From: an uncultured Armatimonadetes bacterium
GTDB taxonomy: Bacteria; Armatimonadota; Hebobacteria; Hebobacterales; Hebobacteraceae
Length of the DNA: 64,000 nucleotides
NCBI GenBank assembly: GCA_963716175.1
Contig: OY970296.1
Coordinates: 4,128,001 to 4,192,000 of the forward strand
Direction: 5' to 3'
This document shows positions 18,636 to 28,693 of the stretch, piece after piece (position 1 is the first letter of the stretch; each line of letters starts with the position of its first letter). The notes beneath the pieces are model-generated. The model ran no database searches. It saw nothing but the letters and a program-made list of their open reading frames with translations, and was not told where the DNA came from. The translations under genes and the position numbers were made by a program.

Positions 18636-20378
18636 CTAACTGCCTCCTGCCGTGAACACCACCCGCATCACCTCTTCGACCGTGGTTAGCCCTTCGAGGA
18701 CTTTCTGGAAGCCGTCCATCTTGAGAGTCTTCATGCCACTGGCGAGGGCGGCATTGCGGACCTCGGAGAGAGGGGCGCGCTTCACAATCAAGTCCTGGAT
18801 CTCCTCATTCAACATCATCAGCTCGAAGATACCCAGACGGGTCCGGTAGCCGGAGTGCCGGCACTGCTCGCAGCCCCGGCCCCGGTAGAAGACGACGCTG
18901 TCCGCGTCGTCCAGCTTGAACCCCACCCGCCGCAGCGCCTCCGCGGGCGGCTTGTAGGGCTCCTTGCAGTTGGGGCAGATGCGCCGGCCCAGCCGCTGGG
19001 CGAGCACCCCGATGACGGAGGCGGCGATGAGGAAGGGCTCGACCCCCATGTCCACCATACGAGTCACGGCGGAAGGCGCATCATTGGTGTGCAGGGTGGA
19101 GAGCACCAGGTGGCCGGTGAGGGAGGCCTGAATGGCGGTCTCGGCGGTCTCCAGGTCGCGGATCTCGCCGACCATGATGATGTCAGGGTCCTGGCGCACG
19201 AAGTAGCGCATAGCGTTGGCAAAAGTGAGGCCCGCTTTCCGGTTCACATGCACCTGGTTGAGACCCCGGAGCTGGTACTCCACCGGGTCCTCGATGGTGA
19301 TGATGTTCTTCTCCACGGAGTTGATCTTGTTCAACACCGAGTACTGGGTGGTGGTCTTGCCGGAGCCGGTGGGTCCGGTGGAGAGGATCATGCCGTTGGG
19401 CTGGATGATGATGGATTCGAGCTCGGCCTGGGTTTCCGGGGACATCCCCAGCTTGTTGAGGCCGATCAAGATGCTGCTTTGATCGAGGATACGCATCACG
19501 CACTTCTCGCCGAACACCGTGGGCAGGCTGGAAACGCGGAGGTCGAAGTCCTTGCCCTCGTGGCGGATATGGATGCGGCCGTCCTGAGGGAGGCGGCGCT
19601 CGGCGATGTTCATATCTCCCATGATCTTGATGCGGGAGATGAGTGGGGCGTGGACGTACTTGGGCATCTGCATCACTTCGTGCAGCACGCCGTCAACCCG
19701 GTAGCGGATGCGAATCCCCCGCCGGTCGGGCTCCACGTGGATGTCGCTGGCGCGGTCATTGATCGCCTGCTGGATGATGACGTTGACCACCCGGATGATG
19801 GGGGCTTCGCCCTCCAGGGCTGCGGCCCGGTCCACGTCCTCGTCCGTGCCGCCGCCGGTAACATCCATGTCGTCGGGCAACATCCCGGCGGTTCCGGTCA
19901 GCGCGCTGAGGGCCGTGTCCAGGCTCTCCTGAGTGGCGCCGTTGTCCGAGGTGCGCAGCAGCGCGCTGATGTCATCGGGCGCGGCCAGCATGGGGTCAAT
20001 CTCGTAGCCGGTGATCAGCCGAATGTCGTCGAGGGCGAAGACATTGGTGGGGTCGGCCATGGCCACAGTGAGGCGATTGCCGCTGCGGCGAATCGGCACC
20101 GCGTTGTAGCGCTGCACCACGCTCTGCGGAATCGCCTTAGCGACGTCCTCGTCTACACTGGTGCGGTCCAGCTCAAGGAACGGAATGCCCAGCTGCTCGG
20201 CGTGCGCGCGCAGCACGTCGCGCTCGGTCACATGCCCCAGTTCGACCAGGATGCGGCCGAGCTGCTCCGTGGTGTTCTTCTGTACCTTGAGCGCTTCCTC
20301 CAGTTGTTCCGACTTGACCAGACCCTTCTCGAGAAGGATCTGACCAAGCGGCTTCTTCGGTCCCCGTGGAGTCGCCAC
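18636..20378 (-). CDS. pilB: Extension ATPase PilB with N-terminal MshEN-like domain
   Basis: LGQILLEKGLV..LGRILVELG, RLPQDG, GPTGSGKT, tetracysteine motif. Confidence 0.95.
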   Translation of the reverse strand: MATPRGPKKPLGQILLEKGLVKSEQLEEALKVQKNTTEQLGRILVELGHVTERDVLRAHAEQLGIPFLELDRTSVDEDVAKAIPQSVVQRYNAVPIRRSGNRLTVAMADPTNVFALDDIRLITGYEIDPMLAAPDDISALLRTSDNGATQESLDTALSALTGTAGMLPDDMDVTGGGTDEDVDRAAALEGEAPIIRVVNVIIQQAINDRASDIHVEPDRRGIRIRYRVDGVLHEVMQMPKYVHAPLISRIKIMGDMNIAERRLPQDGRIHIRHEGKDFDLRVSSLPTVFGEKCVMRILDQSSILIGLNKLGMSPETQAELESIIIQPNGMILSTGPTGSGKTTTQYSVLNKINSVEKNIITIEDPVEYQLRGLNQVHVNRKAGLTFANAMRYFVRQDPDIIMVGEIRDLETAETAIQASLTGHLVLSTLHTNDAPSAVTRMVDMGVEPFLIAASVIGVLAQRLGRRICPNCKEPYKPPAEALRRVGFKLDDADSVVFYRGRGCEQCRHSGYRTRLGIFELMMLNEEIQDLIVKRAPLSEVRNAALASGMKTLKMDGFQKVLEGLTTVEEVMRVVFTAGGS

Positions 20379-20463
20379 GCGACTTCCCTCCAGTCACACC
20401 GGGGGGTGCACTGGCAATAAAGGATCGATGAAGCAAGTCGAGACACCCACTAGACCCACCGGA

Positions 20464-20472
20464 ATTATACCA
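20464..20472 (-). promoter_or_regulatory. Extended -10 (TGGTATAAT) upstream of pilB
   Basis: Reverse complement of ATTATACCA; a second copy lies at 20782-20790. Confidence 0.6.
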
Positions 20473-20822
20473 CCGAGCACGGCCCTGCGCAACTCCTTCC
20501 GGGCCCGCGCGCGTCACGCCGGGCGCCGAGGCGCCCGCAGCTCATACCGGCATCCTGTAGGACGCGAGGTCCCCCTGGAAAGTTCTCGCAGCAGTGCCGA
20601 AGACAGGCCCCGCGCTGGAAGTGACTGCCGGAATGATGTGACCCGATCCGCGCCTGCCGCCCTGAAGGGCCCCCACAGGGAACGCGCGTCTGTACGCCGT
20701 CTTGTCCCGCGACGAGACAGAAGATGCCGTTGGGCAGGCCACGCTGGTATCGCCTTCCCGCGGCTCACGCTCCGCAGAGAGATTATACCACAGGCGTGAC
20801 GAAAAGCAGCGCGATGTCGCCC

Positions 20823-20954
20823 CTAGCAGCTGTTTCATAGCCTTCCCAGGGGAGGTTATGAAACAGCACTGCACAACGTCAGGCCGTGGCAGGCGCATTT
20901 CATGCGAAGGCGTGGTGCGGCCAGCCAGCAGGTAGGTTACGAAATGCGCTCTAG
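20823..20954. mobile_element. 132-bp MITE-like element, family Y copy 1
   Basis: Near-identical to 35278-35409 and 45126-45258; imperfect terminal inverted repeats ending in TAG/CTAG. Confidence 0.75.
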
Positions 20955-21544
20955 TCGCCGGTTCCGGCTCTCTCTTTCCCGCGGTTCATGGGCTGGCCGC
21001 TCCCAGCAGGTGGGCCGTGGGCGCCGCGTCTGGCGGCCCCGCGTGCCGCCCCTCGGGCCCACCGGCGCCGCAGAGGTCGCTCCAAGAGACGGATCAGGCG
21101 AGTGTGGGGCGATTCCCTCGGACTCAGCGGGTGCAACAGGATAGTGGTAAGGCCCAGCCAGTTCGCTCCCAGCATGTCAGTGAAGAGCTGGTCGCCGATG
21201 GCGCAGGTGCTGCGTGGGTCGGTGCCAAGCACCGCCATACCCCGCCGGAACGCGATCGGGAACGGCTTTCCCGCCCGCACCACCGCGACCAGACCGAGGT
21301 CCCTGGCCACCCGGGCGACTCGCGCCCCCCGGAACGCATTGCTCACCAGGCAGAGGCCCAGGCCGGAGCGCCGGGCCGCGTTGACCCAAGCGCGCACCTC
21401 CGGGCGGACCCAACTGCCGTTCCAGTCAACAAGGGTGTTGTCCAGGTCCAACAGCAGGCCGCGGATGCCGCGCCGCAGCAGCGCGTCGAGGTCAATGGCC
21501 CAGACTGCTTCGGCGAGAAAGGTCGGTCTCACAAGGCTGCGCAC
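20951..21544 (-). CDS. yqeG: YqeG-family HAD IIIA phosphatase
   Basis: DLDNTL, VSN, KP, IGDQLFTD motifs. Confidence 0.9.
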   Translation of the reverse strand: MRSLVRPTFLAEAVWAIDLDALLRRGIRGLLLDLDNTLVDWNGSWVRPEVRAWVNAARRSGLGLCLVSNAFRGARVARVARDLGLVAVVRAGKPFPIAFRRGMAVLGTDPRSTCAIGDQLFTDMLGANWLGLTTILLHPLSPRESPHTRLIRLLERPLRRRWARGAARGAARRGAHGPPAGSGQPMNRGKERAGTGD

Positions 21545-21607
21545 GCGCGAGCGTCCATCACAGTGTAGTGGGAGGCCGCGCCTGAGGGGGGGGAATCCAG
21601 GCCCCGC

Positions 21608-22771
21608 TCACCGCAGCGGCCAGCGGCCATCGCCCAGCTCCCGGCCCACCAGCAGCAGACGCAGGGTGCGCTCGGCGGCCGCCTGCAGCAGCTCCCCGGC
21701 GCGACTCATCGCCTCCTGCTCCGGCATGGGGCCGGGGATGATGGGCACCACGGCCTGCACACCGCGGCGGGCCAGCTGCTCCGGCTCCTCCTCCAGGCTG
21801 CCGGTGAAGGCGATCAGCGGCACTCCGTGCTTCTCGGCCAGCAGGGCCACCCCGCTGATGGCCTTCCCGAACTCGATCTGACGGTCTATCTTGCCCTCGC
21901 CGGTAATCACCAGGTCGGCCGCCTCCAGGTAGTCCTCAAACCCCAGGATCTCCAGCACGAGGCTGGCGCCGGAGCGGATCTGCGCTCCGCAGAAAGCTAT
22001 CATCCCAGCGCCCAGGCCGCCAGCCGCGCCCGCGCCGCTCATCTCCCTCACATCCACTCCCAGGTCTCGCTCAATGACCTGCGCGAAATGGGCCAGCGCC
22101 TGATCGAGCTGGGCCACCATCTCCGGGGTGGCGCCCTTCTGCGGGCCGTAAATGGCGGCGGCGCCCTTGGGGCCACAGAGAGGGTTAGTGACATCCGAGG
22201 CGGCGGAGATGACCACCTGACCCACCCGCGGGTCAACACCGGACAGGTCAATCCGGTCCAGGTGGGCCAGCGCGGCTCCGCCGCGGGGCAACTCGCCGCC
22301 GCCCGCGGACAGCAGCCGCGCCCCCAGGGCCTGCGCCATCCCCGCTCCCCCGTCATTGGTGGCGCTCCCGCCCAGGCCCACGATGAGACGGGTGCACCCC
22401 GCCGACAGGGCCGCCAAGATCAGCTCGCCCACACCATAGGTGGTAGTAAGCAGTGGGTTCCTCTGCTCCCGAGGGATCAGCCCCAGGCCGGCGGCCGCGG
22501 CCATCTCCACCACGCCGGTGACGTCGTCACCCAGGACCCCGAAGGTGGCCTCCACCGGATCGCCCAGCGGCCCGGCAACCTTCTTGGTCAGGAACCGCCC
22601 CCTGGTGGCCAGGACCAGTGACTCCACCGTGCCCTCCCCGCCGTCCGCCAGGGGGATGGAGACGATCTCGGCCTCCGGGGCCACGTCCCGGATGCCCTGG
22701 ACGATGGCGTCCGCGGCCTGCAGCGCGGTCAGGCTGCCCTTGAAGCTGTCCGGAGCGACGATGATGTTCAT
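21608..22771 (-). CDS. glxK: Glycerate kinase
   Basis: APDSFKGSL, DGGEG, GGSATNDGG, GAAGGLG, TGEG motifs. Confidence 0.95.
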   Translation of the reverse strand: MNIIVAPDSFKGSLTALQAADAIVQGIRDVAPEAEIVSIPLADGGEGTVESLVLATRGRFLTKKVAGPLGDPVEATFGVLGDDVTGVVEMAAAAGLGLIPREQRNPLLTTTYGVGELILAALSAGCTRLIVGLGGSATNDGGAGMAQALGARLLSAGGGELPRGGAALAHLDRIDLSGVDPRVGQVVISAASDVTNPLCGPKGAAAIYGPQKGATPEMVAQLDQALAHFAQVIERDLGVDVREMSGAGAAGGLGAGMIAFCGAQIRSGASLVLEILGFEDYLEAADLVITGEGKIDRQIEFGKAISGVALLAEKHGVPLIAFTGSLEEEPEQLARRGVQAVVPIIPGPMPEQEAMSRAGELLQAAAERTLRLLLVGRELGDGRWPLR

Positions 22772-22882
22772 TCGCCCATGCTCCCGGCGCCCACTCCCCC
22801 AGACCGGGGCTCAAGCATTACAGTACCGCAAAAGGGGCGTTTGTGCCAAGGCGTTCGGGCTGCCCCAGGCCGGGCGCCCCCC

Positions 22883-23113
22883 TCAGCGTCTCCAGGCCGA
22901 GATCAGCCAGAGGATGAAGGTCAGGACCAGGCTGAGCAGGATCGAAGTGGCGATGGGGAAGATGAAGGTGAAGTTGGGCCGGGAGATCACGATATCACCT
23001 GGCAGCAGCTTGCCTCCCCTGACGCCGACCGCGCCCAGGAGAAGGCCGAGCGCGGCCACCAGGATGCCCAGCCCCACCAGGGTCAGCCCGAGCCAGATCA
23101 GCACCCTGTCCAT
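22883..23113 (-). CDS. DUF2905 small membrane protein
   Basis: LPGDI..FTFIFPIATSILLSLVLT. Confidence 0.85.
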   Translation of the reverse strand: MDRVLIWLGLTLVGLGILVAALGLLLGAVGVRGGKLLPGDIVISRPNFTFIFPIATSILLSLVLTFILWLISAWRR

Positions 23114-23125
23114 GATCGCCCGCCC

Positions 23126-23749
23126 TCACCGCTGGGCGGCCATCGCCTTTCGCGCGCTCTCGATGGCGCGCCCTGCCCGCCGCTCCGACCGCTCCAGGAG
23201 GCTGAATAGACAGCCGCAGTAGTTCTGCCGATAGAGGTCGAGCTCCCGGGCGCGCTCACAGCTCTCGGCGTATCGGCCGCGGAGGTCAGCGAAGCCGAAC
23301 TCGACCCCGAGGCGCGCGCCGATGGCCGCGCCCAACTCGCCGATCGCCTCCACCTCCTGATGGGGGCTGATGAGCAGAGTAGTCGAGAACGAATCGAACC
23401 CCTCCGACCGGGCCGCTGCTGCAGCCGCTTCCAGACGAAGCCCATAGCAGGCGCGACAGCGCTTCCCTCCCTGGCTGGCAAGGGCCAAAAGAAAGCCGCG
23501 CAGGCCCTCTTCTGCCTCTGGCAGGGTGGGCGTGCCCACGTCCGCGGCGATGCTGCCAGCAGGGCGGTGCACTGGCAGCCCAATCGCGTGCGCGGTCTGC
23601 TCGAAGGTGGCCTGGCGGCGCCGCAGCTCCTCGGCGGGGTGGATGTTGGGGTTGAAGAACCATCCGGTTACCTGGGCCCCGAGAGACCGGAAGTGATCCA
23701 CCACCACACTGGTGCACGGACCACAACAGCAGTGGAGGAGCAGCTTCAT
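23126..23749 (-). CDS. queH: Epoxyqueuosine reductase QueH
   Basis: LLHCCCGPC, NPNIHP, RCRACY, STTLLISPHQ, YRQNYCGC. Confidence 0.9.
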   Translation of the reverse strand: MKLLLHCCCGPCTSVVVDHFRSLGAQVTGWFFNPNIHPAEELRRRQATFEQTAHAIGLPVHRPAGSIAADVGTPTLPEAEEGLRGFLLALASQGGKRCRACYGLRLEAAAAAARSEGFDSFSTTLLISPHQEVEAIGELGAAIGARLGVEFGFADLRGRYAESCERARELDLYRQNYCGCLFSLLERSERRAGRAIESARKAMAAQR

Positions 23750-23792
23750 CCGTCGCGGTTTCGCAGGCGCGGCGCAGCCGGCAGCAGCGGGC

Positions 23793-25330
23793 TCACTCCC
23801 CACTGCTCGTCAGGTCTGCCGCGAGCTGGCGGGCCTGGGCGCGGGCCTTGCGAAAGGCGTCGCGCAGGAGGGCGGCGCGGCGCTGGCGGTCCTGGTCATG
23901 GGTCTGGGAGTAGAGCAGGGCCTCGAAGTCCGACTGATTCAGCAGGTTGTAGGCCAGCACCCGGTAGCGATGAGCGGGGTCCAGCCGCGGCGATACCGAC
24001 ATCCGCTCCCCGAGGGTGGCGAGCCGATCGGAGCGCTGGTGCAAGTCCTCCAGCTTGTCGCCGCGCTGGTCATCGCCGAGCTGGTCGGGCGGGGGGCGGG
24101 TGAGGTCGGCGACCTGCTGCGCGATCTGCTCGCCCTCGTCATCCAGCCCGGCTGCGATCTCCAGGTAATCCGGGTCGGTGTAGGGCGGCCGCTGCGCATT
24201 CACCTGATAGTCGAGCAGCAGGCGGACTCCCTCCGAGTAGTAGCCGTTGCGCAGATAGAGCCGGCCCAAGGGCAGGTTGATCTCCCCGGCCGGCAAGACA
24301 GTCAGGCGGATGCTATCGTCCTGCTGGTCGGCGAGCAGCCCAGCCAGCCAGGAGGGGGCGGAGGAAAGCTCTGGCAGGCTGGCGATGAGCTGCTGGTAGT
24401 ACTGCTGAGCGCGCGCTGCCTGGCCCTGGGCGCGCGCCGACCTCGCCAGTCCTTCTACCGCGCGGATCAGGAGGGTCGGTGTCCGCGGCCTGCAGGAAGG
24501 CGGCCTCGGCCTGAACGGGCTGGCCCGCGAGCAGGGCCAGGTTGCCGGCCCGCAGCAGCACCTCCTGGTCCGGCCGCAGCTCCACCAGGCGCCGGTAGAG
24601 CGTCGCCGCGGTCTCATAGTCCCCGAACCCGGCTGCGGCTTCCCCGGCTCCGCGGAGATAGTCTGGATTATCGGGTGCAGCCAATAGCGCCGCGGCAAAC
24701 TCGAGCGCGGCATCCCGGTATCGGCGATCGGTGAGGGCGGCCTGACCGGAGGCATAGCGCTCGGTCGCTGCACACTGCTGGCCGGCCTCGTCGGCCCCGG
24801 CCTGCGCCCAGAGTTCGGGCGTGAGCTTGGCCGCCAGGCCTTGCGCCAGCGCGCGAGCCTGCTGCTCGCGGTCTCCCGCGGCGGGCAGAGTGAACTCGAC
24901 GCTCACCCGGTAGTGGGATATGGCGCCGACCAACTGGGCGCGGAGGGTGACCTCTGGCGGGGCCTCTGCCACCTCGGCCACCAGGCCGGCCTCCACCCCG
25001 GCCGCCACCGCCATGTGCTGGGCTGACTCCACCCGATCTTTTTCCGGGGTGTCGGGCCTCACGGTCCGCTCCCCCCACTCGGGAGGCGCCGCCTCCGGGT
25101 CCCAGAGCGTGGCGCTGATGCCGGCGGCGGTCAGCGCCTCCGGCAATTCCTGGGTCACAGCCTGAGCCAGCGGCGCGCTGACCCAATGGCCGCCAACTGG
25201 AAGGAGCAGCAGGGTGCGAGCCTGGTCGGCCCGCGCGGACGGCAGGCGCGAGGGCACCACCAGCAGCGCCAGCGCAACTGCGCAGGCGATGGCGCGGGTC
25301 TGGCGCAAGGGAAGCAGGCGCCTGCTAGCG
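23793..25330 (-). CDS. Secreted TPR-repeat protein (frameshift near 24465; start approximate)
   Basis: ORFs 24313-25401 and 23793-24773 join; signal peptide plus TPR-like helices. Confidence 0.65.
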
Positions 25331-26536
25331 CGCTTGCAGGGCTCGGAGCGCGGACTCACAGGTGCGCACACCATGCCGGGCGGCCTCCACATTGTGTCCA
25401 CGGTTGAAGTCGGACTGGTACTGATCGAGGGCCTGGTGGTATTGCTGAGTGGCTCTCTGCCGATCTCCAGCCTCGGTGTAGACCCAGGCCAGCTCTTCCC
25501 GAGGGGCCGCGCCGGCGCGAGGGTTCTGCGCCAGGTAGGACTGATAGGCAGCTATTGATTGCTGGTAATTGCCCTGGAAGTAGTAATCACGGGCGGCCTG
25601 GGTATAGGCCCTGGCCGGCATCACGGGGCCTGCCGGCCTCCCCCAGACGGGCGTGCCCACGGTCGGCGGACCCGCCCCGGTCATGGGCACCGCCCCCAGG
25701 AACGGGCCGGCCGCAGGGGCGGCAGGCCGCGGAGCAGCGGCGCGCTGCGCGCCAGTCACCGGAAGGAAGTAGGTGCCTGGCGCCACCCAGGTTCCGCCGC
25801 CATAGCCCTGCCAGACGCGGGCCGCGGTGGAAGGCCGCGCCCTGGGGGCCGCGAACATGCGGGGGGCGGCAAACCGCGCGGGGGCGTAGACGCTACCCGG
25901 GCTGGGAACGAACTGGGCCGGCGCGGATACCGCGGTCTGCTGGGCCCCCGCAGGCGCCGCCGGTGCCATCGCCGCCGGCTGTCGCCTGGGCTGGGGCGGG
26001 CGCTGCATGGTCAGCATGAGGGCCCCAATGAGCACCAGCACCACGACCACGCCACCTCCGGTCACGGCCAGGCGGGCGGTGCGCGGCGAGATCCCCATCA
26101 CCGCCTCGCGGGCGGCCGGCAGTCCCATCAGCTCGTTCAGGCGGCGCCGCTCCACCGTGCTGCCGGGGCTGAGAGTGAGGACCTGCTCGTACTCCCGGAT
26201 GGCGTTGTCGCGGTCGCCCTGGCGCTCATAGAGAGTGCCCAGGAGGGAGTGCGCGGAGGTGGAATTGGGGTTGACCGTGACCGCCTGATGGCAGACCTGG
26301 ATGGCGGCCAGCAGTTTGCCCTCTTCGCTCAAGCGAAAGGCTTCTTCCAGCAGACGGCGCGCCCGCTCCTCGGGCGTCATCCCGGCCAGGGGAGAAACGC
26401 CGGCCCGGCCCGGGCCGCCCAAGGCCTGGCCACAGGCGCGGCAGAACCGAGCCTGGTCGGGGCTTTCCGCGCCGCACTTAGGACACCGCACCACCGCACG
26501 CCTCCTGCTCGGCCCGGGCTCTCCCCGGGCCGCCAT
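25325..26536 (-). CDS. Zinc-ribbon / TPR membrane protein
   Basis: CPKCG..FCRACG, TPRs, one TM, C-terminal TPRs. Confidence 0.8.
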   Translation of the reverse strand: MAARGEPGPSRRRAVVRCPKCGAESPDQARFCRACGQALGGPGRAGVSPLAGMTPEERARRLLEEAFRLSEEGKLLAAIQVCHQAVTVNPNSTSAHSLLGTLYERQGDRDNAIREYEQVLTLSPGSTVERRRLNELMGLPAAREAVMGISPRTARLAVTGGGVVVVLVLIGALMLTMQRPPQPRRQPAAMAPAAPAGAQQTAVSAPAQFVPSPGSVYAPARFAAPRMFAAPRARPSTAARVWQGYGGGTWVAPGTYFLPVTGAQRAAAPRPAAPAAGPFLGAVPMTGAGPPTVGTPVWGRPAGPVMPARAYTQAARDYYFQGNYQQSIAAYQSYLAQNPRAGAAPREELAWVYTEAGDRQRATQQYHQALDQYQSDFNRGHNVEAARHGVRTCESALRALQAR

Positions 26537-26558
26537 CGAGCTATAGTCTACGCCACAG

Positions 26559-27428
26559 CTACGGGATTACTTTGTTCAGTGGATACTCGACAATCCCCTC
26601 GGCGCCGGCCCGGCGCAAGGCCGGGATGAGGTCGCGCGCCGCGCGCTCGTCCAACACCGTCTCCACCGCTACCCAGTGGGTGTTGGTGAGCGGGGATACC
26701 GTGGGCTGGCGTAAGGCGGGAAGCAGGGCCAGCACCTTCTCCAGGTCGGCGCGGGCGACGTTCATCTTCAGCCCGACCTTCTGCTCCCCCAGCAGCGCGC
26801 CCTGGAGCAGCATGGCGAGAGTCTCGATCTTGTTGCGCTTCCAGGGATCGGCCCAGGCGGAGCGGCTCGCGATCACCTTGGTGTTGGTCTCCAGCACCGT
26901 GTCGAGGATGCGCAGGTCGTTCTCCCGCAGGGAGGCCCCGGTCTCGGTCAGCTCGCAGATGGCGTCCACCAGGTCCGGCACCTTGACCTCGGTCGCGCCC
27001 CAGGAGAACTCGACATCGGCCGCCACGCCGTGCCGGGCGAGGTAGCTGCGGGTGATGTTGACCACCTCGGTGGCGATGCGCTTGCCCTGCAGATCAGCGA
27101 CCGACTGGATGGGACTAGCTACCGCCACGGCCAGCACCCAGCGGGCGGTGCGGTTGCTGGCCTTGGAGTAGACGAGATCGCAGACATCGCACACGTTGGC
27201 CTGGGTCTCGAGGATCCAGTCCAGCCCGCAGAGGCCGGCGTCCAGGGCGCCAGAGCTGACATAGCGCGGAATCTCCTGGGCCCGCATCAGCACTCCCTCC
27301 ATCTCCGGGTCGTCTATCTCCGGGTAGTAGGAGCGGGAGCCAGCGCTGACGTAGTAGCCCGCCCGAGCGAAGAGCTCGAAAGTGGCTTGCTGTAAGCTCC
27401 CCTTGGGCAGGCCGAGACGCAGGACCAA
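26559..27428 (-). CDS. hisG: ATP phosphoribosyltransferase (long form)
   Basis: [31 protein letters not shown]; TTG start behind GGAGG. Confidence 0.95.
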   Translation of the reverse strand: MVLRLGLPKGSLQQATFELFARAGYYVSAGSRSYYPEIDDPEMEGVLMRAQEIPRYVSSGALDAGLCGLDWILETQANVCDVCDLVYSKASNRTARWVLAVAVASPIQSVADLQGKRIATEVVNITRSYLARHGVAADVEFSWGATEVKVPDLVDAICELTETGASLRENDLRILDTVLETNTKVIASRSAWADPWKRNKIETLAMLLQGALLGEQKVGLKMNVARADLEKVLALLPALRQPTVSPLTNTHWVAVETVLDERAARDLIPALRRAGAEGIVEYPLNKVIP

Positions 27429-27547
27429 GGCCGACCTCCAGGCCGAAGGCACGTCTGAACCGAGTATATCCTGCGGGGGAAACAGCGTCAAGGTGAGGCG
27501 AGCCCGCGGCCCCCACCCCCGGCCGACCGGAGGCGGGCGAAGTCAGG

Positions 27548-27742
27548 TCAATGCACGATCCCGTCCACCCCATCGCCCCGGCGCACAGGCGCCGGGATCT
27601 GGGTGCGCGCCACCAGCCAGCGCAGGAGCGCGGGCCGACCGGCGAGACGAAGCGCCAGCCCCACCAGGTACAGCAGGGCCATGATCACAAACGGGCCGTA
27701 AGCCAGCAGCATGGCGGCCAGCAGCAGGTGCTTGCTCATCAT
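27548..27742 (-). CDS. Small hydrophobic membrane protein
   Basis: 64 aa, hydrophobic N-terminal half, GGAGG RBS. Confidence 0.6.
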   Translation of the reverse strand: MMSKHLLLAAMLLAYGPFVIMALLYLVGLALRLAGRPALLRWLVARTQIPAPVRRGDGVDGIVH

Positions 27743-27933
27743 GACCTCCGCGGATTATGGTACGACCTTCTGAGGCCGCTGGCAAGAGGAGGCGGTTCGA
27801 GCCGCGGGAGAGCCATTCCCAGGCGCGCGAGCAGACAGCCGCGCGGCCAGGATACAGCGGCCTGGAGGTGGAGGCGCTGAACGGGGGGTTGGTGCGGGAG
27901 GACAGGGAGTTCGAGACGAGACCGGGAATCACA

Positions 27934-27992
27934 TATCTGAGATCTCAGATTTGAGATTTGAGATTTGAGATTTCAGATTTGAGATTTGAGAT
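27934..27992 (+). repeat. Heptamer tandem array (GATTTGA consensus), about 8 units
   Basis: tatctga gatctca gatttga gatttga gatttga gatttca gatttga gatttga gat. Confidence 0.95.
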
Positions 27993-28046
27993 GGGGCATT
28001 CCAGTGCGGGCCGAAACCCTGGTTGCGGCGGCCAGATGACGGGGCG

Positions 28047-28589
28047 ATGATGCGGTACTCCCGTTTCGAGGAGCTGCCGGTCTGGCAGTCTGGCCTCCAG
28101 TTGGCGAAGGCTGTGTACGGGCTGACGAAGGCTCAGCGCCTGCGGCCCAGCCTGCGCGACCAGCTGGAACGGGCCGCGCTATCAGTGAGCAACAACATCG
28201 CGGAGGGGTTCGAGCGCGGGACTACCCAGGAGCTGCTCACCTTCCTTTACATTGCCAGAGGGTCAGCAGGCGAAGTGCGGTCCATGCTCCACTTCGTGGA
28301 GACACTGCCGGAGTGCGAGCATCTCGAATCTGAAATCTCGAATCTCAAATCCCTGGCGGAGAGTGTGTCTCGCCAACTGCGCGCTTGGGCCGATTCTCTC
28401 CAGAACTCAGAGATCAAGGGCCAGCGCTATCTCACCGAGGCGGTGCGGGCCCGCGAGAAGGCAGAGCAGGACAGAGAGGCGTTCCTGGCAGAGGCGGAGG
28501 AGATGGTGAGGCGGGCGCGAGAGGAGCGGGAGAAGAAAGCGCAGCAGGAAGGGCCGGAGGCGCCGCCGGACTCGCCGTCGGAGGCGTGA
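28047..28589 (+). CDS. Four-helix bundle protein (23S rRNA IVP / Avd-like family) with charged C-terminal helix
   Basis: FEELPVWQ, LRDQLERAALSVSNNIAEGFER, FLYIARGSAGEVRSML signature. Confidence 0.9.
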   Translation: MMRYSRFEELPVWQSGLQLAKAVYGLTKAQRLRPSLRDQLERAALSVSNNIAEGFERGTTQELLTFLYIARGSAGEVRSMLHFVETLPECEHLESEISNLKSLAESVSRQLRAWADSLQNSEIKGQRYLTEAVRAREKAEQDREAFLAEAEEMVRRAREEREKKAQQEGPEAPPDSPSEA

Positions 28590-28596
28590 AGCGTGC

Positions 28597-28687
28597 GATC
28601 TGAGAGTTGAGAGTTGAGATTCGAGATCTCAGATTTGAGATTTGAGATTTCAGATTTGAGATTTGAGATTTCAGATTCGAGAGTTGC
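28597..28687 (+). repeat. Heptamer tandem array (GATTTGA consensus), about 13 units
   Basis: gatctga gagttga gagttga gattcga gatctca gatttga gatttga gatttca gatttga gatttga gatttca gattcga gagttgc. Confidence 0.95.
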
Positions 28688-28693
28688 GCGGCG

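Noticed and set aside
20542-20935. Short ORFs overlapping the MITE copies (also the extended N-termini at 35357 and 45247)
   Set aside because: They are translations of the non-coding repeat.
28047-28589. Diversity-generating retroelement
   Set aside because: The gene is Avd-like, but no reverse transcriptase and no TR/VR pair differing at adenines was found in the window.
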